Shown in pieces: positions 1 to 10,453 of a stretch of DNA of 64,000 bases; position 1 is the stretch's first letter; every line of letters begins with the position of its first letter. Under the pieces are notes generated by a model, which was not told the origin of the DNA, did not search any database, and saw nothing but the letters and a program-made list of their open reading frames with translations. The translations under genes and the position numbers were made by a program. This stretch comes from Candidatus Bathyarchaeia archaeon (GTDB taxonomy: Archaea; Thermoproteota; Bathyarchaeia; Bathyarchaeales; Bathycorpusculaceae): NCBI GenBank assembly GCA_038883855.1, contig JAVZLH010000003.1:32001-96000 (forward strand), in the 5' to 3' direction.

Positions 1-1
1 A

Positions 2-739
2 ATGTTCCGGAAAGAAATGTTAAGAGCAGCTATAAAAGAGATTAATGAAATGCGCCCCGATGTGGTGCTTGTTACGGGTGACCTGACGGAGAACGGTCTG
101 ATGTCAGAATTTAAGGTGGCTTCGGGAGAACTGAGGAAGTTGAAGGCTGAAAAGGTAATTTTTGTAAGTGGAAACCATGATTATCGCTCGACGGGCTATT
201 TGCTTTTCAAGGAGTTTTTCCCGTTTTCTCAAGTAACAGAAACAGAAGAGGCGGTAATAGTTGTTCTTAGCTCCGCTAGACCAGACCGAGACGATGGGGA
301 GGTTGGCCATAGACAAAATTTATGGCTTGAAAAAACCCTTGAGAAACACGAGGACAAAGCGAAGATTGTGGCTATCCACCACCATATAATCCCTATTCCA
401 GACACAGGAGCAGACCAAATAACGATCGTGGACGCTGGTGACGTTTTAAGAAGCCTAGTAAAATCCAAGGTGAACCTCGTTCTTTGCGGGCATCGTCACA
501 GACCTTGGAGGTGGAGGATAGAGGATATGCTTGTTGTGCACGCTGGAAGTGTTTCATGCGAAAAATTGAGGGGATTTTTCTGTAACTCCTACAATGTAAT
601 AAATGTCAAGAAGGGCGAGATAGAGGCTAAGCTCAAGATGGTGGGCGGAGACTTTGTCGATTTCAGTGAAATAGTCAAGAGGAGAGAGGTTCTCCAAGAG
701 TCAGATATATCGCAGTATGGAGATTCCCTAGCCCGCTGA
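2..739 (+). CDS. Calcineurin-like metallophosphoesterase (CpdA/Icc-like), probably 5'-truncated by the window edge
   Basis: Motifs TGDLT, GNHD, HHH and GHRH are present; the first DxH motif is absent, so it likely lies upstream of the window. Confidence 0.85.
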   Translation: MFRKEMLRAAIKEINEMRPDVVLVTGDLTENGLMSEFKVASGELRKLKAEKVIFVSGNHDYRSTGYLLFKEFFPFSQVTETEEAVIVVLSSARPDRDDGEVGHRQNLWLEKTLEKHEDKAKIVAIHHHIIPIPDTGADQITIVDAGDVLRSLVKSKVNLVLCGHRHRPWRWRIEDMLVVHAGSVSCEKLRGFFCNSYNVINVKKGEIEAKLKMVGGDFVDFSEIVKRREVLQESDISQYGDSLAR

Positions 740-806
740 CGCGTTCTCAATTACAACTTTAAGAATTGGTGCATAAAATCTGTGCTGTTTTCTTAAACAT
801 TTACTG

Positions 807-1730
807 TTAGATTATTAACTGGATCACGGTTAAAGCCACAATTAGCGCTGGTAAGGTTGTTAAAGCTTTTCTGTTGAATTTTGTGGCTTCCTCCATTTTC
901 TTTGCATCTACAAGTCTCATGATATAGACTGATGCGGACAAGTTGTAGAGGAAAAGTGCGTAAACACATAACATAATTCTGTCAGCTAGCGTTAAATATC
1001 CTGTTGGCGGAATACCGCTAAGGAGCGATAAGTGAAAAGCTGTTGCAGACATAAGGGTTGTCACGCCAAGACCTATTCTTTGAGAGAAGTTCTGGGGTGA
1101 AATAAAGAAAGTGAGTAAAGATATTGCAGTTATAACCATTATTGGCAGGACGCTTTTAATAAAAGCTGAAAGGAAAGGTCTTCTTAAGGTGACACCGAAA
1201 ACAAATTGGGAGTACACATCCTCCCCGTAGGCGTGTTCAGTTACAAATGTTTCGAAGTTGCCGACTTCCCATCCAGCAACGTTAACCATCGGGTCGATAT
1301 CTGACGTTGGATCCTCTTCAAAGGATAGTTGGGAAATGTCCAGATTTTTATGTTCCAAAACTACAGCAAGTTCATGAGCATCAAATGGGTACTGTGTAAA
1401 GTCGAAGGTCTTTATGAAGTCTCCCCTAATTCGGTATTCCAAATACCCCTCTGTTTCGTTTATTTTATCTTTTGTTGTAGGAATGCCATTAATAAACTCG
1501 AACTCCTTCACTTTCTCTGCGCTTATCTCTGATGAATTAAATTTGAACCACAAGTAAAAGTCAAGCCTATAGCTGTTTGCAGTTAAATCCACTTTCTCCA
1601 CGTTTATAAGCCAAACCCCAACCTTAACAATTGCGGGCTGATTTGAAGAAGCTCCAGCTTTTACACATGAAATAGACAGACTTATAAGGGTGAGAACTAG
1701 AACAATGGAGAACAACCATTTGGTTTTCAT
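807..1730 (-). CDS. Pentameric ligand-gated ion channel (prokaryotic Pro-loop receptor, GLIC/ELIC-like)
   Basis: Signal peptide, beta-rich extracellular domain with YPFD Pro-loop (FTQYPFDAHEL), GWEV, pre-M1 LRR, four TM helices, M2 RIGLGVTTLMS, M2-M3 PPTGYLTLAD. Confidence 0.85.
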   Translation of the reverse strand: MKTKWLFSIVLVLTLISLSISCVKAGASSNQPAIVKVGVWLINVEKVDLTANSYRLDFYLWFKFNSSEISAEKVKEFEFINGIPTTKDKINETEGYLEYRIRGDFIKTFDFTQYPFDAHELAVVLEHKNLDISQLSFEEDPTSDIDPMVNVAGWEVGNFETFVTEHAYGEDVYSQFVFGVTLRRPFLSAFIKSVLPIMVITAISLLTFFISPQNFSQRIGLGVTTLMSATAFHLSLLSGIPPTGYLTLADRIMLCVYALFLYNLSASVYIMRLVDAKKMEEATKFNRKALTTLPALIVALTVIQLII

Positions 1731-1850
1731 TCGCCATCACTGAGCGCTAATGGATTTTTGGTCATACTTAAAGATGCGATATATAAATTTTCTGAGGGAA
1801 AATTATACTGAAAGCTGGTAAAAACGTTTACAACGAAGTGTTAATTCTCA

Positions 1851-2159
1851 TTATTTTGTTTCGTTTTCCTCTTCATCCACAGGTTTTGTGGATATCTCTC
1901 TAATAAGCGGTTTTCCACCTTCAATTTCTATGTGAGCGCCTGGATACTGCTGCTGAAGCCTTCGCCGTAACTCATTGACATCCGTGTTGTCGCTGACTTT
2001 AGCATAAACTTTTGTGCCTTCTGGCGTTTGCGTCACACTTATGGAGTAGCTACCACCCATTCCCTGCTCAAATGCTTCGAAAAATTCGTCTGATTCGTCA
2101 AAGAATGATCCTTCAAAGAGCCTGTCGATGATGCTTTTCCTCTTTTTCTTGTATGACAA
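1851..2159 (-). CDS. Small hypothetical protein downstream of TIP49
   Basis: 102-aa ORF with a purine-rich RBS-like sequence upstream (AGAGGGAGG), 20 nt after the TIP49 stop. Confidence 0.7.
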   Translation of the reverse strand: MSYKKKRKSIIDRLFEGSFFDESDEFFEAFEQGMGGSYSISVTQTPEGTKVYAKVSDNTDVNELRRRLQQQYPGAHIEIEGGKPLIREISTKPVDEEENETK

Positions 2160-2179
2160 TGCCCTGGTTCCCTCCCTCT

Positions 2180-3559
2180 TTAATGGTACATGAGTTTCTC
2201 TTCATATTTTCGTAGGTGTTCGCTGGCTTTGGTTACATCCATGAACAGTGTATCAACTCTGTCCACGTCTTCGACCGTTACGTTCTTGCGTTTCATTATG
2301 GCGGCGTTCTGCGCTGCCAGGCTTAACAATTGAACTGCATATCTGAGGGAAGATCTAGTGCCTATGGCTGTAAGTTTCTCTAAGGCATCATCTTCCAAAT
2401 CCACTTTTTCTTCTCTTGCTCTGATGCGGAGAATTTCCCTTATGCTTTCTGCATCATATTCTTCCGTGGCTATTATGACTGAACGATCTATGAGGTCAAG
2501 TGGAAAGCCTAAAGGACTTTTCACGTCTGTCCCTCGTATGGTTGTTACACCCCTGTTTGTCGCCAAAATAATTATTGGGACAAGCTCGCTTTCCAACGCG
2601 CGACCAAGAAAGCTAAACGCTTCCAAATCCAGCAAGTGGCTGTCGTCAATGAATAAGACACCTGGATGTATGAAAGCCGTGCCTTCGTCAACCATTTTCT
2701 TAACAGATTCGTCAACGGCGGCTCTAACTTCGGTGTCTATCTCCTTAGTTTCGGAACCACCAAACAGTAGGGAGAAGAATCCTCCACCCATCCTGTTCCT
2801 TGCATTAATCTCGTCCATATCCGCTAGGGTAAGGGTGTAAACAAATTCCTTCTCTTTTAAGACATCACCAGTAGGTCTAGGAACCTTTTCGCGGGTGTCA
2901 ACATCATAAGTTTTACCTTTTGCGCTTTCCAAGCTCAAGCCTAGATTTGCAACTCTTCCCGTTTCCGCATCTATTTGAATGACATATCCTTCGGTGATTC
3001 CCTGCTGGATTATTTGCTGCGCGATTGAGGCTCCAGCCTCTATGGTTTTTTCCTGTTTTGTTGTCTTCAATGTTAGCCGTACGCTTTCTGGAATTTTTTG
3101 ATAGGGATTGTATGGATGAGGCGCAGTTCTAATGTCTATGCCGACAACTTCTCCCTCATACACCTTTCGCATTTCATGTATTTCGACGCCTATGCATTTC
3201 CGCATAGCCTCAATCAAAACCTCCGTTTTCTTACGTTCGCTGCTGTAAATTTCGCTGCCGCTCATTTGAATGAAAGGAACATTTGGTCCTAACTCTCTGG
3301 ATATGGCAACTGCAATGGCTGTTTTGCCGGTCCCTGGAGGACCAGCTATAATGACGGTTTTCCCGCTAAGCTTTCCTTCTTTAATCATTTGAACCACTAA
3401 ACCAGCAGCTTCACGGGCTTTTTCTTGTCCAACCATTCCATCCTTAACTTTAACTGCTCTCAGATTTTTGTCTAAACCTAATCCTTTAATATGAGTGTGC
3501 GCCCCAATGCGCTCGAAGTGGCGACTTGGCGTGGGAGAAACCTCTTTTATCATAGACAT
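2180..3559 (-). CDS. RuvB-like AAA+ ATPase TIP49 (RuvBL1/2 homolog)
   Basis: RIGAHTHIKGLGL, GMVGQEKAREAAG, Walker A GPPGTGKT, PGVLFIDD, ILATNRG, SLRYAVQLL. Confidence 0.95.
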   Translation of the reverse strand: MSMIKEVSPTPSRHFERIGAHTHIKGLGLDKNLRAVKVKDGMVGQEKAREAAGLVVQMIKEGKLSGKTVIIAGPPGTGKTAIAVAISRELGPNVPFIQMSGSEIYSSERKKTEVLIEAMRKCIGVEIHEMRKVYEGEVVGIDIRTAPHPYNPYQKIPESVRLTLKTTKQEKTIEAGASIAQQIIQQGITEGYVIQIDAETGRVANLGLSLESAKGKTYDVDTREKVPRPTGDVLKEKEFVYTLTLADMDEINARNRMGGGFFSLLFGGSETKEIDTEVRAAVDESVKKMVDEGTAFIHPGVLFIDDSHLLDLEAFSFLGRALESELVPIIILATNRGVTTIRGTDVKSPLGFPLDLIDRSVIIATEEYDAESIREILRIRAREEKVDLEDDALEKLTAIGTRSSLRYAVQLLSLAAQNAAIMKRKNVTVEDVDRVDTLFMDVTKASEHLRKYEEKLMYH

Positions 3560-3741
3560 AAAATTACCTCCCAGCTAAATCTGCTTTAAATCATGTTTTC
3601 CGTGTCGTAAGGAATGTGAATTGAGGGGTTAAAGCCAATTTAACCACCTCAACCTTATATTTAAGGCAATTTTAGGAATCTTAAAAATTTATCGTTCATT
3701 AAACCTCTAGTATAAATGTCGATACGTACCTTTTGATATTT

Positions 3742-5730
3742 TTATTTCTTGTAAAAATCCTCTATATCGTCTAGGATTTTCTCTATTCTAACGTGAGCCT
3801 TCATTTCTTTTCTCCATTCTTGGGGTAGTTTCTGTTTAAATTTCCCTGCCGCGCGCCCATCCATGATTAGGATTACGCCTCTGTCCTCTGGGCTTCGCAG
3901 AAGTCTACCAGCGGATTGGGCTAGCGCATTTAAGCATGGAATGTAATTCGCGTATTCCATGGCTTTATCTCCGAACTTTTCTTTAAAGTATTTGTAGAGG
4001 GCAATTTGGAGTTCGGTTTTCTTTGGGTAGGGCAAGCCGACAATTATGACTGTTGAAAGCATGCTTCTCCCTTCATTTGTCATGTCAACTCCTTCGCTTA
4101 CTTTTCCTCTGGCAACTCCAAAAATCAAGCATTGTTCATTTTTACCCAGAAAGTCCAAAACATCCTTGATGTTTGTAGTCTTTTCCTCGACAAGAAGCGG
4201 CAAATCAGGCTTAATTAACCTTGTAATTTCATGCATTAATTCATAGGAGGGGAAGTAGACGGCGACTCTTCCGCCGGTTTTATGAATTATTTTTGTTAGG
4301 TGTTCGGCAATTTTCTTCCACTGTTCTTTACTGCGCTTTTCAAACTTTGTTGTAACTGTCTTATCAACGATTAGAAGTCTGTTTTCTGGAGGGAAAGGGC
4401 TTGGCAACTCTAGGAAACTGCAACGGCTTTGCTCGATTCCCAACACATCAACATAATAATCAGCGCACCATAAAGTTCCAGACATGAGTATAACGGAACG
4501 AAGGTCGTTTATGATGCTGGACGCCAACGCTGGGTCAAGGCATCTAATTCCAAGCCTAACAGTTTTTCTCTTGTCCCTGTTAACTTCAACTTTAACGTAT
4601 GTGGCGTAACCTGAACCTTCAAGGTTAATCCAGTCCAACAGAAAATCTGCACATCTGGACACGTACGAAACTGGGCTTTTGCCCAATTCAATTCTTCTTT
4701 GTCGAATAAGTTCACCAATTTCTAAAAGTTCTAAAACATTTTTCCGTAACTTATCCGCGTTTGCCCCAAGATTTTTTGACAAGGCGTTTACTATGCGGTT
4801 TCCTTCGATGATATGTTCGACGTCCGCTCCATACCTTTTGTAAACATCCTTCCCAATTCTAATCATCACGTTATGTAAGGTTTCTAAAATGTCGAAGGCG
4901 TCCAAATCGAAAATTTTGCATTCCTTTAGAGCCCTTTTGACAGAAGTTGAAGAAAGCTCGTCTGAAAATATTCCAGCAGCATAATAGGGTAAACTGTGGG
5001 CTTCATCGAAAACGCAGTTAACATCCTTCACTCGTATTCCCGCCCTTCCCAGAACAGACCCTCGTATAGAGTTGACGAGGATATAGTTGTAGTTGCCAAT
5101 TATTATGTCAGCGTGCCTTGCCAGAATCTTAGTAACTTCGTAGGGGCAAAGCCCTTTTCCGCAGCAGATTTTGTAAACTTCATCGGGCAAAAGCGGGCCA
5201 GCTTCAATAATATGGTTGACAATACTGTTGGCGTGCCAGCTGGGTTTCCATCCGTTGTATGTTCTTTCATAAAATCTACATGATTCGCCGAAGGCTCCAT
5301 CTTTTAGGTTTTTGCAATAGTGAAGGAAATCTCGATAGTTAATGCCCCCAATTTTGAGGTCTTCAACGGCGTAGGGACACATTTCCTTCTTACTCTTAAA
5401 GATGGAAGCAACAAACCTGACACCGCTCTGCCTCTTTATGTTCTTTAGTTCCCGCGAGTAAATTTCAAGCTGGTTCCTCGTTCTAGTTAACACAAGGAGC
5501 CTTCCCAGAGACTCTTCCAGTTCCTTAGCCATGAAAAAAGCCGTCAAAACGGAGATGGATTTCCCGGTTCCGCACGGCGAAGAAAGCAAACCTATTTTTC
5601 CGCTTTTAAAAACATCGAAAGCGAATTTTATGGCGTCAAGCTGAAATGGGCGAAAGCTTGGATAGGGGAAAATTTTCTTGACAAGCCTTTGATAATCCTT
5701 TTCCCCCAAATCCAAAGCTTTATTCAGCAA
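3742..5730 (-). CDS. XPD/Rad3/DinG-family Fe-S DNA helicase
   Basis: FPYPSFRPFQ Q-motif, SPCGTGKS, Fe-S cysteines (CPY...C...C...CPYE), DEAH, SGTL, GKVSEGVD, QSAGRLLR. Confidence 0.93.
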   Translation of the reverse strand: MLNKALDLGEKDYQRLVKKIFPYPSFRPFQLDAIKFAFDVFKSGKIGLLSSPCGTGKSISVLTAFFMAKELEESLGRLLVLTRTRNQLEIYSRELKNIKRQSGVRFVASIFKSKKEMCPYAVEDLKIGGINYRDFLHYCKNLKDGAFGESCRFYERTYNGWKPSWHANSIVNHIIEAGPLLPDEVYKICCGKGLCPYEVTKILARHADIIIGNYNYILVNSIRGSVLGRAGIRVKDVNCVFDEAHSLPYYAAGIFSDELSSTSVKRALKECKIFDLDAFDILETLHNVMIRIGKDVYKRYGADVEHIIEGNRIVNALSKNLGANADKLRKNVLELLEIGELIRQRRIELGKSPVSYVSRCADFLLDWINLEGSGYATYVKVEVNRDKRKTVRLGIRCLDPALASSIINDLRSVILMSGTLWCADYYVDVLGIEQSRCSFLELPSPFPPENRLLIVDKTVTTKFEKRSKEQWKKIAEHLTKIIHKTGGRVAVYFPSYELMHEITRLIKPDLPLLVEEKTTNIKDVLDFLGKNEQCLIFGVARGKVSEGVDMTNEGRSMLSTVIIVGLPYPKKTELQIALYKYFKEKFGDKAMEYANYIPCLNALAQSAGRLLRSPEDRGVILIMDGRAAGKFKQKLPQEWRKEMKAHVRIEKILDDIEDFYKK

Positions 5731-5861
5731 AGACCATCTCCACTATAAGCTCATTTCAAACTTTTCTAATAAACATCTCCTTCAATCCCCTTGCGAAACA
5801 GTAAACTTTACCTTCTTAGATTACTCATTACTCTCTTCAAAGTACAAAGGATGTGTGGAGA

Positions 5862-6689
5862 ATGTCGTTGGGTGTTGGGTTGATTGGTTGTGGTGCTATT
5901 GGCACCGTTTTGGCTTGCGCAATTGATAGTGGGCAAGCTGGAAACACTCGCTTGACAATAGTATATGATAGGATAAAAGAGAAGTCTAACGTTTTATACA
6001 GAAAACTAGTTTGTAAACCAAAAGTTGCCAATAGTTTTGAGGAGCTAATCGCATGTGAAGATGTGGATTTAATTGTGGAAGCAGCCTCGCAGGAAGCCGT
6101 CAGAGCCTACGCACTTAGGGTGCTTAGAGCTGGAAAAGACCTGATGATTATGAGCGTCGGCGCATTGGTTGATTCAAAATTATTGGAAGAGATTAGAGGC
6201 TGTGCCATGGAAAGTGGAAAAAGAGTTTACATTCCATCAGGGGCAATAGCCGGGTTAGATGGAGTTAAAGCCGCGGTCATTGGCAAAGTAGAAAGCGTAA
6301 CATTGACAACTAGGAAACCTCCAGAGGGATTTAATGACGCTCCATACGTAAAAGAAAAGGATATACTCCTTGAAAAACTGAATAGTCCAACACTAATATA
6401 TGAAGGCCCAGCGTCAGAAGCTTGTAAGCTTTTCCCAGCAAATGTAAACGTGGCAGCGGCTCTTGGATTGGCAGGCATCGGTGTGGAAAAGACGAAAGTG
6501 CAAATAATAGCTGATCCGTCGATAAAGAGGAACATCCATGAAGTGAAGGTTAAAGGCGAATTCGGCGAGTTGGAAGTTCACGCTGAAAATGTTCCATTAG
6601 TGGATAATCCGAAAACAAGCCGGTTAGCCGCCTTATCTGCAATAGCGGTGTTGAAGAAGATATCTGAGCCGCTAACAATCGGAACGTGA
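5862..6689 (+). CDS. nadX: L-aspartate dehydrogenase
   Basis: GCGAIG Rossmann motif, VEAASQEAV, MSVGAL, PSGAIAGLD, FPANVNVAA, NPKTS. Start set at the ATG at 5862. Confidence 0.92.
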   Translation: MSLGVGLIGCGAIGTVLACAIDSGQAGNTRLTIVYDRIKEKSNVLYRKLVCKPKVANSFEELIACEDVDLIVEAASQEAVRAYALRVLRAGKDLMIMSVGALVDSKLLEEIRGCAMESGKRVYIPSGAIAGLDGVKAAVIGKVESVTLTTRKPPEGFNDAPYVKEKDILLEKLNSPTLIYEGPASEACKLFPANVNVAAALGLAGIGVEKTKVQIIADPSIKRNIHEVKVKGEFGELEVHAENVPLVDNPKTSRLAALSAIAVLKKISEPLTIGT

Positions 6690-6766
6690 AGGGTGAATAG
6701 CAATCGCTGTTTTAAACGTGTTCCAAAATAATATTAGCAATTTGAACACCATTACTAAAGTGATAA

Positions 6767-7474
<708 letters not shown>

Positions 7475-7489
7475 ACGAGATGTGGAAGT

Positions 7490-8371
7490 TTGAAAGTTGA
7501 AGCAGAGTGCGCAGCTTGCATAGTGAGTAGAGCGACAACAGAAGTCGTCGAAGCCACAATCAATCCTGCCCTGCGCTTCAGAGCAATGGCTGAGCTTCTG
7601 CGGCTGCTGAGCAAAGAGTTTAAACCGACAGCTATTCCAGCAGACTTAGGGACGAAGAGAGATCGTTTAATAAAAAGGGTTACTGGCAACGATGACCCCT
7701 ATAAGTGGCGGAAGAGATTAAGCAACGAGAAGGCTTTGAAGCTCTTGCCCAGCGTAAAAAAGCTTGTGGAAGAAGGATACGCACAACAGGATAGGTTTAA
7801 GAGGGCTTGTTTATGCGCCATTGTTGGTAACATAATGGAATTCGATATTCCCGGTCACAAGTTTACATTTGGCAGTTTGAGAAAAAGTTTCAGGGAAGCT
7901 GCAAAAGATTTGGTCATAGACGACACGAACAAATTTTATGAACTGGCGAAGAAGGCAAACACGATCCTTTATTTGACAGACAACGCTGGGGAGATAGTTT
8001 TTGACACTTTGCTTGTGGAACAGCTTAAGGATATGGGCTTAAAAGTGACTGTTGCGGTGAAAGGTGGTCCAGTTATTAATGATGCAACTTTGGAGGATGC
8101 GGAAATTTCTGGAATGAATAAAATAGCTGACGAAATAATAACGACGGGCGTTGACGCTGTTGGGTTGGCAGTTAAAGAGGTTTCGCCAGAATTTCTCAAC
8201 CATTACCATTCCGCGGACATGGTTTTCGCGAAGGGAATGGGCTATGCTGAAACCTTAACGGAATATCAGCTCAATAAGCCGCATGCCTTACTTTTTAGAA
8301 CAAAATGCAATCCGGTGGCAAACTTTTTCGGCGTGCCAAGGAATAAAAATGTTGCAAAGTTGATGCCCTAA
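7490..8371 (+). CDS. DUF89/ARMT1-like damage-control phosphatase
   Basis: N-terminal CxxC, DPYK, TDNAGEIVFD, PVINDAT, KGMGYAE, KCNPVA. Confidence 0.88.
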   Translation: MKVEAECAACIVSRATTEVVEATINPALRFRAMAELLRLLSKEFKPTAIPADLGTKRDRLIKRVTGNDDPYKWRKRLSNEKALKLLPSVKKLVEEGYAQQDRFKRACLCAIVGNIMEFDIPGHKFTFGSLRKSFREAAKDLVIDDTNKFYELAKKANTILYLTDNAGEIVFDTLLVEQLKDMGLKVTVAVKGGPVINDATLEDAEISGMNKIADEIITTGVDAVGLAVKEVSPEFLNHYHSADMVFAKGMGYAETLTEYQLNKPHALLFRTKCNPVANFFGVPRNKNVAKLMP

Positions 8372-10453
8372 ATGAGGCTGCCAACAATAAGTTTGCGTCA
8401 AGAAGAGCTTTCCCGTTTTGATGAAGCAATCAGAAAAGAGTGGCTTCTGACAAATGGGTTGGGCGGCTTTGCTTCCTCAACCGTCTTGGGAATAAACATA
8501 AGAAAATATCATGGTTTGCTTGTTGCAGCGCTTAGCCCTCCCGGAGAGCGCAGAGTTTGCCTTGAAAAGTTGGATGAGGAAATATGTGTAGGCAATAATA
8601 CTTATCCGCTCGGCGCCAACGAGTTCAGAGATGGAATTTTTCCGCGAGGCTACCTTTTCTTGAAAGAGTTTGCCATTAATCCTTTCCCAAAATATGTTTA
8701 TGATGTGGAAAATGTTGAAGTTGAAAAGACAATTTTCATGCCTAAAGAAAAAAACGCTGTTATAGTATTCTACAAAGTAGAGAACAAAAACGATTCCACT
8801 GTGAAAGTGCGGGTTTACCCGTTAATAAACTGCAGGCATTTTCACGCGGTCACAGACAAGTGGAAGAAATCGGTAGAATTTCTTCAGAAAAGAGAGGGTT
8901 ATGTTGCAGAGTTAAGTGTTCAGTTTCCCAAATTGGTTTTTGTAATGAGAGCTACTGATGGGAAATACTATATTAAGGGAAAGTGGATTGAAAACATTTA
9001 TTACCGCGAAGAGGCTTCACGGGGCGAAAGCTGTTTCGACGATGTTTTTCAGCCAGGATACTTTGAAATGGATGCTAAAGCTAAAAGAATGGATAAGTTT
9101 GCAGTTATGGTTGCAGCTGACAAAAATGGCGAAAATGCTTTAAGGGTTTTTGATGAAGCCCCAACAACTTATGATGTTGAAAACGTTCTTAAGGATGAAA
9201 CGGAACGGCGAGAAAATTTCCTAGCCAGGTTTTATGAAGTTAACCCTAAGCTTTATGCTGCTGAATGGTTGAACTGGGTTGTTCTGGCAACAGACGCTTT
9301 CGTAGTTAAGGGTTCAAGTGAACAGCAAAGGTTTGTGATTGCAGGATACCACTGGTTCGAGACTTGGGGGCGAGACACCTTTATTTCCCTGCCAGGGCTT
9401 ATGCTTGTAACTGGCAGGTTCGAAGATGCGCGGAGAAGTTTTCTAACATTTAAACAAGAGGTTAAAGACGGTTTAATTCCAAATTTTGTTCCAGACCAGC
9501 CGAACCAACCCGCCTACAATTCTGTTGACGCTACGCTTTGGTATGTGAACGCTGTTTTGCAATACTTGAAATACACCGGCGACTTTAAGTTTGTCAAAGA
9601 ACAACTCTGGAACGAGTTAAAGACAATCTTTGAAAGCCACGTTAAAGGAGCAGCATTTGACATTCGCGTTGACGGCGACTGTCTGCTTCATCACGGACCA
9701 CAGTTGACATGGATGGACGCCATTGTAGACGGAAAACCTGTGACTCCGAGGGCTGGAAAGGCTGTTGAGGTTCAAGCATTGTGGTATAACGCTTTAAAAA
9801 CCATGCAGCTCTTGGCAAATAGGTTCGGCGAAAAAAACGAAGCTGAAAAATATCTTCGGCTGGCTGAAGGCGCACGGAAAGCCTTCGTGGAAAAGTTTTG
9901 GGATTCAGAAAAGAATTGTTTGTTTGATGTAATAGGCGAAGGTGAAAAAGACGCGTCTGTGAGACCTAATCAGATTATCGCAGTTTCTTTGGATTTCACG
10001 ATGCTTGACATCGCCAAAAAGGAGAAAATTGTTGATGTTGTTCACCGTGAACTTTTAACGCCTTACGGCTTGAGGACACTTGCAAAAAGCGACCCAAAAT
10101 ATGTTGGAGTTTATGAGGGCGACCGAAGAAAACGAGACATTGCATATCACAATGGAACTGTTTGGGCTTGGCTGCTTGGACCCTTTACAACCGCCTTTTT
10201 GAAAACTAAGGGCTACGTGGAGCATAGACGTGAATACGCTTTAAAGAACTTCCTTCCGCCTCTTTTCACAGAACAAGTTTACAGGGCTGGTCTTGGAACG
10301 ATAAGCGAAGTTTTTGATGGAGACCCCCCGCATATGCCAAGAGGATGCATAGCTCAAGCTTGGAGTGTTGCAGAACCGTTAAGGGCTTATGTGGAAGATG
10401 TGATGCAAACGCGGCCAGCTCACGAAAAAGAAATTTTGCAAAGTTTAGGTTGA
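8372..10453 (+). CDS. Glycogen debranching enzyme (amylo-alpha-1,6-glucosidase)
   Basis: EWLLTNGLGGFASST, RKYHGLL, AGYHWFETWGRDTFISLPG, TWMDA, YHNGTVWAW, QAWSVAE. Confidence 0.93.
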   Translation: MRLPTISLRQEELSRFDEAIRKEWLLTNGLGGFASSTVLGINIRKYHGLLVAALSPPGERRVCLEKLDEEICVGNNTYPLGANEFRDGIFPRGYLFLKEFAINPFPKYVYDVENVEVEKTIFMPKEKNAVIVFYKVENKNDSTVKVRVYPLINCRHFHAVTDKWKKSVEFLQKREGYVAELSVQFPKLVFVMRATDGKYYIKGKWIENIYYREEASRGESCFDDVFQPGYFEMDAKAKRMDKFAVMVAADKNGENALRVFDEAPTTYDVENVLKDETERRENFLARFYEVNPKLYAAEWLNWVVLATDAFVVKGSSEQQRFVIAGYHWFETWGRDTFISLPGLMLVTGRFEDARRSFLTFKQEVKDGLIPNFVPDQPNQPAYNSVDATLWYVNAVLQYLKYTGDFKFVKEQLWNELKTIFESHVKGAAFDIRVDGDCLLHHGPQLTWMDAIVDGKPVTPRAGKAVEVQALWYNALKTMQLLANRFGEKNEAEKYLRLAEGARKAFVEKFWDSEKNCLFDVIGEGEKDASVRPNQIIAVSLDFTMLDIAKKEKIVDVVHRELLTPYGLRTLAKSDPKYVGVYEGDRRKRDIAYHNGTVWAWLLGPFTTAFLKTKGYVEHRREYALKNFLPPLFTEQVYRAGLGTISEVFDGDPPHMPRGCIAQAWSVAEPLRAYVEDVMQTRPAHEKEILQSLG

